Of a DNA stretch of 60,441 bases, positions 1 to 6,045 are shown piece by piece (positions within the stretch are counted from its first letter, which is position 1; each line of letters begins with the position of its first letter). The stretch comes from a virus (Duplodnaviria > Caudoviricetes). Below the pieces are notes generated by a model. That model worked only from the letters and a program-made list of their open reading frames with translations. It searched no databases and was not told the origin of the DNA. The translations under genes and the position numbers were made by a program. The stretch spans positions 1 through 60,441 of IMG/VR virus record IMGVR_UViG_3300028835_000118. One strand, given 5' to 3'.

Positions 1-136
1 AATGACGATACTTGAGTCACGCCCAACTATCACCTTGGAACAATGACCCAAGTCGCCAAAGTTTATTAGGCTTAAGTCATCTCCTGTTTCACCACTAAAG
101 TATTTAGCTCCTACTGACAAAGCTATGTCTTGCATT
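1..136. repeat. Terminal direct repeat, left copy (circular assembly overlap)
   Basis: 1-136 is identical to 60306-60441 and lies inside groEL, which stays in frame across the junction. Confidence 0.95.
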
Positions 137-999
137 AATTCATGTTGCCTATATCCAAAGTCAGGTGGTGCAATGTTAACAAGCTTTAAGTTGTTCTTCA
201 TTACGTTGGCTGCTAATGTATTTATAAAACCTTGTGAGCATGGAGCTATGATTAATAACTTCTTCTGCTCATTGATAATTGGTTTTAAAACATTTTCTAT
301 TTGGAGTATACTATTTATTTCCGTATCACATACCAACACCATCACATCCTCGTGAATACACTCGTCATGCTTTTGGTCGTTTACAAATAGATGAGAAGTA
401 TAACCTCTATCTATTTTAATTCCTTTTGTAGTTTCAAAATAAGTAGTGTTTGTTTTTGATTTCTCAACTGTAACAATTCCATCTTTGCCTACTGACTTAT
501 ATACGTCAGCAATTTGTTTTCCTATATGCTCATCATTGTTAGAAGATATAACAGCAACGTCTTTTAATTTTTTTCCTGTAACCTTCTTACCTTTATTATG
601 AAGAGACTTTACTATTGCATCGCATTCTTTTTGTAGCCAAGATAAAACCTCCGGTGTATTTGCGTCTTCGTCTATCAGCTCCATACCTACCTTGACTAGA
701 GCTTCGGTTAATACAATAGCTGTAGTTGTTCCGTCACCTGCTGTAGTGGCAGTTCGGTCTGCAGCTTCTTTCATTATACGCACAGCAAGATTTTCAACCT
801 CATCCATAAGGAAGATTGATTTAGCTACAGTCACTCCATCTTTGGTGACTGTGATTCCGTGAGTATGTTCGGGGGATTCAATAAGGACTGTATTACCTCT
901 TGGTCCTAGTGTGGACTTTACTGCTTTAGCGATTTGAGAAATTCCGGCTAACAGCTTTTCTCTACCCTCGCTGTCGAAGTGTAGTTGTTTTGGATTCAT
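1..999 (-). CDS. groEL: Chaperonin GroEL, N-terminal part (continues at 60441-59709; about 531 aa in total)
   Basis: Not in the ORF track. Manual translation from ATG 999 gives MNPKQLHFDSEGREKLLAGISQIAKAVKSTLGPRGNTVLIE..VTKDGVTVAKSI..AGDGTTTA. In frame with 59709..60440 (999-135=864). Confidence 0.95.
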   Translation of the reverse strand, partial: MNPKQLHFDSEGREKLLAGISQIAKAVKSTLGPRGNTVLIESPEHTHGITVTKDGVTVAKSIFLMDEVENLAVRIMKEAADRTATTAGDGTTTAIVLTEALVKVGMELIDEDANTPEVLSWLQKECDAIVKSLHNKGKKVTGKKLKDVAVISSNNDEHIGKQIADVYKSVGKDGIVTVEKSKTNTTYFETTKGIKIDRGYTSHLFVNDQKHDECIHEDVMVLVCDTEINSILQIENVLKPIINEQKKLLIIAPCSQGFINTLAANVMKNNLKLVNIAPPDFGYRQHELMQDIALSVGAKYFSGETGDDLSLINFGDLGHCSKVIVGRDSSIVI

Positions 1000-1023
1000 A
1001 AATGTATTTAATTAAATTCTATA

Positions 1024-1031
1024 CAAATGTA
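1024..1031 (-). promoter_or_regulatory. Bacteroidota-type -7 box (TACATTTG) upstream of groEL
   Basis: Matches TAnnTTTG, about 25 nt before the ATG. Confidence 0.55.
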
Positions 1032-1036
1032 TAAAA

Positions 1037-1297
1037 TTATTCTTTAACCTCTCGCTCATTCATTACGGAATTAAAATAGTCTTTATAAAAATTATTAATA
1101 AAGTAAATCTCAATTACCTTTCCTTTATGTCTAATACTATTAATGTAATTAAAGGCTTCGTCTTTGGTATAAAAGACTAAACGCTTTTTATGGTTTTGCA
1201 ACCATTTGTTTTTCTCACATAATATTAGTGGTTTAGTTGGGTGGTGGATTTCATATTCATAATAGTCATCCTCGTAGGAAGTTAGTGGTGTATTCAT
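1037..1297 (-). CDS. Hypothetical protein
   Basis: 86-aa ORF directly downstream of a consensus promoter. Confidence 0.6.
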   Translation of the reverse strand: MNTPLTSYEDDYYEYEIHHPTKPLILCEKNKWLQNHKKRLVFYTKDEAFNYINSIRHKGKVIEIYFINNFYKDYFNSVMNEREVKE

Positions 1298-1320
1298 AAT
1301 GTAGTGATTTTTAATTTAGA

Positions 1321-1352
1321 CAAAGATACGAAAAAAATTCGACATAAACAAA
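1321..1352 (-). promoter_or_regulatory. Bacteroidota sigma70 promoter, TTTG-N20-TATCTTTG
   Basis: -33 and -7 boxes at canonical spacing; spacer contains TGTCGA-N7-TCGTA. Confidence 0.75.
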
Positions 1353-1410
1353 TTAACCTGTTGAGTTCAACTCGCTATACTCTCTCTCTCTCTATTACTA
1401 CACAATAATT

Positions 1411-1526
1411 TTATTTCCATATACGACCCCTTAAAAGTTAACAAGGTTAACAGAAGTCTTGATTATCAAGGAGTTAGGTTTTAAAAGTCAACAGAAAGTC
1501 AACAGAAAGTTAACAGGAAGTTGACA
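1411..1526. repeat. Iteron-like array of AAAGTYRACAG units plus CTTGAT-T-ATCAAG palindrome; candidate origin
   Basis: Four tandem 11-mers at about 1484-1526 and two more at 1433-1453; a related copy lies at 12470-12566. Confidence 0.65.
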
Positions 1527-1533
1527 TATATAT

Positions 1534-1564
1534 AAAAAAAGAAGGGGATGTGAGAGTCCCCTTC
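1534..1564 (-). terminator. Intrinsic terminator after ORF 1624-1830
   Basis: GAAGGGGA/TCCCCTTC stem followed by a T7 tract on the minus strand. Confidence 0.7.
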
Positions 1565-1623
1565 AATTATTAGGATAAGAAAAACACTACTAAAACTTAT
1601 CCCTTACACACACTAAACTTGTG

Positions 1624-1830
1624 TTATCTCTTAAATAGATTGATATTAGCATTTGCTAGTTCATTCCCTTCAGCAATCATTTGCACTTTCTTATATCTTT
1701 TAGCTGAAGCTCTCATGTCTGCTAATTCACTAATACCCATTCGTGGAGATGGAGCCATATTAATAAGTCTACCATCCTTTACCTCGTATCCCTGCATCGA
1801 AGGAGGGATGTTAAAATTACTTCTTTTCAT
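1624..1830 (-). CDS. Hypothetical protein
   Basis: 68-aa ORF with TATCTTTG at 1851-1858 upstream and a terminator downstream. Confidence 0.65.
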   Translation of the reverse strand: MKRSNFNIPPSMQGYEVKDGRLINMAPSPRMGISELADMRASAKRYKKVQMIAEGNELANANINLFKR

Positions 1831-2263
1831 AATGCGATTATTTATATCTACAAAGATAGGAAAAATTTATTTAGATACTTAGGGCATTTGGGTTATATAT
1901 GGGTGCACGCAAGGGGACGGCTTCAGGAAACACAAAATTTTTTCATAGGGGGGGTGATGTTTTCCCTGTTGCACTTCTGATTTTTTTAGCTTTTTTCTAT
2001 GGGGTAGCTCTACTCTGTTGAGTACCTCCTATTTGCTACTCTCCTACAGGTTACGCTGTTATATATATATACTCCTGTTAACCTTCCCTTGATACCTTCC
2101 CTTAATCGTCCCCTGATATGAACATAAAACTCAGGTAATACCTTCCCTTCGTTAGCCCCTGTCCGAAGTGATATATATATAAACAAACCTTAGTAATCGC
2201 ATTGTTAATAAGTCGTTGATAATGAAAATTTTAACCTGTAAACGAAAGAAAGTTATTAACAAA

Positions 2264-2295
2264 TTTGGAAAATTGAAATAGTTGAACTATATTTG
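2264..2295 (+). promoter_or_regulatory. First early promoter, TTTG-N20-TATATTTG
   Basis: Bacteroidota -33/-7 consensus at canonical spacing at the start of the + strand arm. Confidence 0.75.
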
Positions 2296-2338
2296 AACCG
2301 AAATTAAAAATTAATTAATAACAAAAAACACAAAAATT

Positions 2339-2518
2339 ATGAAAAATTTAGTAACAAATCAGGTAGAAATCAGTACAATCGAAGAACAAGCACAAGCTCA
2401 GTTTTTTGCAGAAGACAAGCTCGAAAGAGATTTTCATTCAGGGTTCATCTCTGAAGAAGAGTACAACGAAGGTTTACAGGGTATATTCAGAAACTTTCAA
2501 GATATCTACGGATTCTAA
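2339..2518 (+). CDS. Small acidic protein (59 aa), first early gene
   Basis: Manual translation MKNLVTNQVEISTIEEQAQAQFFAEDKLERDFHSGFISEEEYNEGLQGIFRNFQDIYGF; A-rich leader; below the ORF-track cutoff. Confidence 0.75.
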   Translation: MKNLVTNQVEISTIEEQAQAQFFAEDKLERDFHSGFISEEEYNEGLQGIFRNFQDIYGF

Positions 2519-2540
2519 AAAAACAGGGGGCTATGCCCCC

Positions 2541-2594
2541 TCTGTCGAGAGCTGTGTGGCTCTCCTGATGATGACTCAAAAGAGTCGAAACAGA
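2541..2594 (+). ncRNA. Type III hammerhead ribozyme
   Basis: Stem III TCTGT/ACAGA; cleavage triplet GTC (cut after 2546); stem I GAGAGC-TGTGTG-GCTCTC; core CTGATGA; stem II GACTC-AAAA-GAGTC; GAAA. Confidence 0.88.
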
Positions 2595-2624
2595 AATAAT
2601 TAACTTAAATAAAAACTTAAAATT

Positions 2625-3566
2625 ATGACAACACAGAGTAAAAATGCAGTTCTAAAGAAGGTGAAAGACACCTTGTTAGAAGGGCTTAAGAAGGATGGGC
2701 TACAATGGTTCAAACCTTGGAAATCAGGGGAGAATCACCCCATCAACAACAAATCAGGTAGAGCTTACAGGGGTTTTAATACTTTCATCCTAAACTATCA
2801 GATGGTAACAGAAGAGTATGATTACAACGAATGGGACACCTTCAAGAGCATATCTGCAAGGGGTGGAAAAGTTAAGAAGGGTCAAAGGGGAACGGATATT
2901 TTCTTTTGGTTAATCTCTTACTGCTCGAAGGAAAACTTCGGCACTTGGTACAGAACGAAAGCAGAGTGTATGCAGAAGGAAAATTGTACAGAAGATGAAG
3001 TTTTTACAAACTTCGACTTGAGATATTACAGAGTATGGAATATCGGACAATGTGAAGGGTTAAAGCCCCTGAGAAAATTAGGTGAGACGAAAGAAGTTAA
3101 GCCAATCGAAAGTTGCGAAAAAATCGTAGCGAAGTACAAGAAGATAGCTAAGAAGTTAACCTTCAAAGACGTTGAGCAGGACAGAGCTTACTACTCACCT
3201 TCGAAAGATATGATTGTAATGCCGTTAATGACTCAGTTTGATTCTGAAGATAAATATTATCATACTCTGTTCCACGAGATGATACATTCAACAGGTCACG
3301 ACTCGAGATTAAACAGAGAAGGAGTTGCTACAGCATATCAGTTAAATAAGACCAAACACGACTACGCATTTGAAGAGCTAATTGCAGAGAGTGGTGCGAT
3401 GGTGTTATCAGGTATGGCAGGAATCAACACAGATGACGAAAGCAAGCAATCTCAGGCGTATGTGAACGGATGGGTGAAGGCAGTAGAGAAAGCCGATGAG
3501 AAGGCAGTTGTTTCAGCTCTAACGCAGTCAGCGAAAGCTACTGACTACATCTTAGGGGTTAAGTAA
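2625..3566 (+). CDS. ardC: ArdC-like antirestriction protein (ssDNA-binding N-domain plus zincin metallopeptidase)
   Basis: WxKPW, GRAYRGFN, GGKVKKG, AYYSPSKDMIVMP, HEMIHSTGH and YAFEELIAE motifs. Confidence 0.88.
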   Translation: MTTQSKNAVLKKVKDTLLEGLKKDGLQWFKPWKSGENHPINNKSGRAYRGFNTFILNYQMVTEEYDYNEWDTFKSISARGGKVKKGQRGTDIFFWLISYCSKENFGTWYRTKAECMQKENCTEDEVFTNFDLRYYRVWNIGQCEGLKPLRKLGETKEVKPIESCEKIVAKYKKIAKKLTFKDVEQDRAYYSPSKDMIVMPLMTQFDSEDKYYHTLFHEMIHSTGHDSRLNREGVATAYQLNKTKHDYAFEELIAESGAMVLSGMAGINTDDESKQSQAYVNGWVKAVEKADEKAVVSALTQSAKATDYILGVK

Positions 3567-3576
3567 CCTCTAAGAT

Positions 3577-3620
3577 AGCTGAGAATGGTTGCAAAGGGGT
3601 TCGATTCCCCTTCTCAGCTC
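3577..3620 (+). ncRNA. Mini tRNA-like element 1 (acceptor-like stem, D-loop mimic, T-arm)
   Basis: AGCTGAGA/TCTCAGCT stem enclosing ATGGTTGCAA and AGGGG-TTCGATT-CCCCT. Confidence 0.7.
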
Positions 3621-3623
3621 TAA

Positions 3624-3657
3624 GTGGTCAACAGGGATTACCACAATCAAAATCCCT
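3624..3657 (+). ncRNA. H-type pseudoknot
   Basis: S1 GTGGT(3624-28)/ACCAC(3640-44); S2 AGGGATT(3633-39)/AATCCCT(3651-57). Confidence 0.6.
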
Positions 3658-3679
3658 TTAATTAAATATATATATAACT

Positions 3680-3946
3680 ATGACAAACACACACATTTGG
3701 GAAGGTTGGACGGCTCAAGATTTTATTGACCATCTCGAAGTAACATTTCCCTATGCGACATTCCACACATACGAAGAGCTGAAGGAGTGGTGCATAGCTG
3801 AGCAACCTTACTACAAGAAGCATATACCTGAAGTATATGAACACTTTGTAAGGAAGGTAATTTTTGAGCCAATAGAAGTGCCATCGGATTGGCAAGCAGA
3901 TTTGGAGGCGCAAGAGAATTATTTATGGGGAGATAAAAAAATTTGA
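3680..3946 (+). CDS. Hypothetical acidic early protein
   Basis: 88-aa ORF with TATATATAACT-ATG leader. Confidence 0.75.
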   Translation: MTNTHIWEGWTAQDFIDHLEVTFPYATFHTYEELKEWCIAEQPYYKKHIPEVYEHFVRKVIFEPIEVPSDWQADLEAQENYLWGDKKI

Positions 3947-3963
3947 TTGCAACTTGGCTGTAA

Positions 3964-4004
3964 TTCAGGAATGGTTAAGTGGGGGTTCGATTCCCCCACC
4001 TGAA
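3964..4004 (+). ncRNA. Mini tRNA-like element 2
   Basis: TTCAG/CTGAA stem enclosing GAATGGTTAA and GTGGGGG-TTCGATT-CCCCCAC. Confidence 0.68.
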
Positions 4005-4032
4005 CTAATTTTAATTTAATATATATATAACT

Positions 4033-4380
4033 ATGGGAAAATCTAAAGAGCAATTCTTACAGCTAAGAGAAAGCCGTAAGGCGTATCGAGAGATACAGGA
4101 AATCATTGCCTTTAACAAGGCAAATAAACAGCAAGGCATTACGCTTAGGTGCGTGCATTGTCGCAGTTGTGAAGTAACATATCATCAGAGTGTAGGGGAC
4201 GCATACTGCTCTGATTGTGGAGAGTGGCAAGCAGGCGAAGAGTTTGAGCAAACTGAATTACATATAGCCGAACAAATACAGGAAAATTTGCTAACGCTGT
4301 GTTCTGCATACGGACTGAATGACATAGAATTCCAAGACAAGATGTGCGATATCGTTGTTCAGGGGCTGAAAAAAAATTAA
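4033..4380 (+). CDS. Zn-ribbon-containing hypothetical protein
   Basis: CVHC..CSDC motif; TATATATAACT-ATG leader. Confidence 0.7.
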   Translation: MGKSKEQFLQLRESRKAYREIQEIIAFNKANKQQGITLRCVHCRSCEVTYHQSVGDAYCSDCGEWQAGEEFEQTELHIAEQIQENLLTLCSAYGLNDIEFQDKMCDIVVQGLKKN

Positions 4381-4409
4381 CCTGTTGGCGAAAAAAAAGT
4401 GTTAAAAAA

Positions 4410-4441
4410 TTTGCATATGTCGAAACTTTGTCGTATGTTTG
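4410..4441 (+). promoter_or_regulatory. Promoter TTTG-N20-TATGTTTG upstream of the tRNA-like cluster
   Basis: -33/-7 consensus; spacer contains TGTCGA-N7-TCGTA. Confidence 0.75.
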
Positions 4442-4450
4442 TTCAAAATT

Positions 4451-4519
4451 CGTGGGGAGTCGGTCTAAATTGGGGACTTGAAAACCCTAAGCAAGAAGGT
4501 TCAATTCCTTCCCCCACAA
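4451..4519 (+). ncRNA. D-armless tRNA-like RNA (9-nt anticodon loop centred on TGA)
   Basis: Acceptor CGTGGGG/CCCCACA (C1:A72); arm TTGGGG-ACTTGAAAA-CCCTAA; T-arm GAAGG-TTCAATT-CCTTC; no D-stem. Confidence 0.65.
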
Positions 4520-4542
4520 CTAACTTAAAATCAAAAACCACT

Positions 4543-4674
4543 ATGAGAAATTTAATTAAATATCTTACGTTAGGGAATGTTATAACATTCGCAGTATTAA
4601 CTTTCATCCTTGTCACTTGGAGTGCAGTAGTGTTCCATATCATAGCGACAGGGGGTTCAACAATTTCATTTTAA
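4543..4674 (+). CDS. Small membrane protein (43 aa)
   Basis: Start at the internal ATG (MRNLIKY..), one hydrophobic segment; the longer track ORF overlaps the promoter and the tRNA-like element. Confidence 0.65.
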   Translation: MRNLIKYLTLGNVITFAVLTFILVTWSAVVFHIIATGGSTISF

Positions 4675-4685
4675 TATATATAACT

Positions 4686-4931
4686 ATGAAAGGAAAAGGT
4701 TGGATAAACGACACCACTTACAGAGATTTCCCCTTGAATTTTATAGGGGACTCTGCAGGTGAAGAGCTTAGCTACTACGACAGGTTAGCTAACTATATAA
4801 AACACAATGACTTGCTTGACGAAGAACAAACACTTGAATTATTCGACAGGATTGAATCATTTATTGAGCAAGAGATTGAAGAAATTAAAGTGGAATCATC
4901 CTTAGATAATTGGATGATTCAACAAGGATAA
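4686..4931 (+). CDS. Hypothetical acidic protein
   Basis: Start MKGKGW after a TATATATAACT leader. Confidence 0.7.
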   Translation: MKGKGWINDTTYRDFPLNFIGDSAGEELSYYDRLANYIKHNDLLDEEQTLELFDRIESFIEQEIEEIKVESSLDNWMIQQG

Positions 4932-4939
4932 ATAATAAT

Positions 4940-5013
4940 AGCGAGGTAGAGCAGTTGGTCAGCTCGTTGGGTTCATATTCCAAAGGTCGCAGGTTCGAAT
5001 CCTGCCCTCGCAA
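4940..5013 (+). tRNA. tRNA-Met(CAT), initiator-like
   Basis: Full cloverleaf: AGCGAGG/CCTCGCA (1:72 mismatch), D-stem GAGC/GCTC, TTGGG-TTCATAT-TCCAA, GCAGG-TTCGAAT-CCTGC; CCA not encoded. Confidence 0.9.
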
Positions 5014-5014
5014 C

Positions 5015-5151
5015 AACCGAGTAGAGCAGTAGGTAGCTCGCTCTAACTTAACTGAAGACGGCAAGCAATGAGCTTAATTAACTCAAGCGAGTAGATGCAT
5101 ATACCAATCTTCAGGTTAGAGAAGTCGTGGGTTCGAGTCCCACCTCGGTAG
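5015..5151 (+). ncRNA. tRNA scaffold with a 64-nt structured insertion in the anticodon arm
   Basis: Acceptor AACCGAG/CTCGGTA; D-arm GAGC-AGTAGGTA-GCTC; extended arm CTCTAAC/GTTAGAG plus CTGAAGA/TCTTCAG; T-arm GTGGG-TTCGAGT-CCCAC. Confidence 0.82.
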
Positions 5152-5171
5152 CTAATTTTAATATAATAATT

Positions 5172-5414
5172 ATGGGAATAAAAAACCTGACATTTTGTAA
5201 CGATGAGAATGAACAAGTAGGTTTGTTTCTCTTGAATACCAAGGAAGGACAAACGATTTGGAATTTAAGCGAGCAACATTGCGAGTTAGAATTTCTTGTC
5301 AGAAAATATCACGGAAAAATTGGAATTCCTGATTGGGATTTTGCAGACAACTACGATGAAGGAATCGAGTGGGTTTGCTTTGAAGATTTGTTTAACACAC
5401 TAAATACTATATAA
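5172..5414 (+). CDS. Hypothetical protein
   Basis: Start MGIKNL after an AT-rich leader; the track start overlaps the T-arm. Confidence 0.7.
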   Translation: MGIKNLTFCNDENEQVGLFLLNTKEGQTIWNLSEQHCELEFLVRKYHGKIGIPDWDFADNYDEGIEWVCFEDLFNTLNTI

Positions 5415-5416
5415 CT

Positions 5417-5761
5417 ATGGGAAAAACACACGAAATCAAGCATTATATATTTGATTACTTAGGCACAGCCGATGGATACGAAATCGGTTGGCTACACGAA
5501 GAAGGTCAGAAAAACATTGATGACCCTGATTCAGAATTATTCTATGATAAATATGGGATGATGGATGTAGCGAAAGAACTTATTTTAGAAGGTCACAATT
5601 TCACTAACTATTGGTTAGATGATGAAGACATAGAAGAATGGGAAGAAGAAAGAGACAGATGTGAAGAGTGCGAAGGGGAAGGAACGATTATCTGTTCTAC
5701 TTACGATGACCCATACAACGAAGAGCCGTGTCCTGAATGTTCAGACCCACACGACTTATAA
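5417..5761 (+). CDS. Very acidic protein with a CxxCxGxG...CPEC zinc finger
   Basis: CEECEGEG..CPEC motif; D/E-rich. Confidence 0.7.
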   Translation: MGKTHEIKHYIFDYLGTADGYEIGWLHEEGQKNIDDPDSELFYDKYGMMDVAKELILEGHNFTNYWLDDEDIEEWEEERDRCEECEGEGTIICSTYDDPYNEEPCPECSDPHDL

Positions 5762-5764
5762 TAT

Positions 5765-6024
5765 ATATATAATTACTCACACCCCCCTTCATTTATGAAG
5801 GGTGTGAGTATTATATAAATACGAATCGATTAGGGACGAAGTGCCGATGTTGATTCAACTAACTTTTACTTGTATGAATTGCGAACGACAAGAAGAGTTA
5901 GACCACAGAGCAGATGATACCTTGGAGGTCGGAGTAGTTTTAGGGAACACAACCCAAGTTTGCTACAACGTCAGTTAATCATCTCACGGATGTAAAACAG
6001 GGGTTCGAATCCCCGTCTGCTCTC
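5765..6024 (+). ncRNA. Multi-hairpin structured RNA ending in a tRNA-like domain
   Basis: Three hairpins (about 5765-5817, 5823-5856, 5859-5901), then an AGAGCAGAT/GTCTGCTCT stem enclosing sub-hairpins and GGGG-TTCGAAT-CCCC. Confidence 0.62.
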
Positions 6025-6045
6025 TAACTTTTAAACACTACAAAT

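Noticed and set aside
1-136. 136-bp terminal repeat as a biological DTR
   Set aside because: It falls in the middle of groEL, so it is better explained as assembler overlap on a circular contig.
125-355. Track ORFs antisense to long genes (e.g. 125, 21960, 24957, 33510, 43473, 52807, 56546)
   Set aside because: Shadow frames of well-supported genes on the opposite strand.
1458-1470. TGATTATCA as a Fur box
   Set aside because: Only a partial resemblance; it is better explained as part of the duplicated iteron-like element.
1433-1526. Repeats as a CRISPR or mini-array
   Set aside because: The 11-bp units are contiguous with no spacers, and there are no cas genes.
2406-2603. 65-aa track ORF
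   Set aside because: It overlaps the better ORF 2339-2518 out of frame and runs through the hammerhead.
3577-4004. T-arm fragments as attP or integration scars
   Set aside because: No integrase was recognised, and the 3' strands pair with their own local 5' strands, so they form self-contained folds.
5013-5170. Theta (HDV-like) ribozyme after the tRNA 3' ends
   Set aside because: I could not build the nested double pseudoknot downstream of any element; the 3624 structure is a simple H-type.
5015-6024. tmRNA or group I intron interpretation of the tRNA-like RNAs
   Set aside because: No G3:U70 alanine acceptor, no tag ORF, and the inserts are far too short for a group I core.
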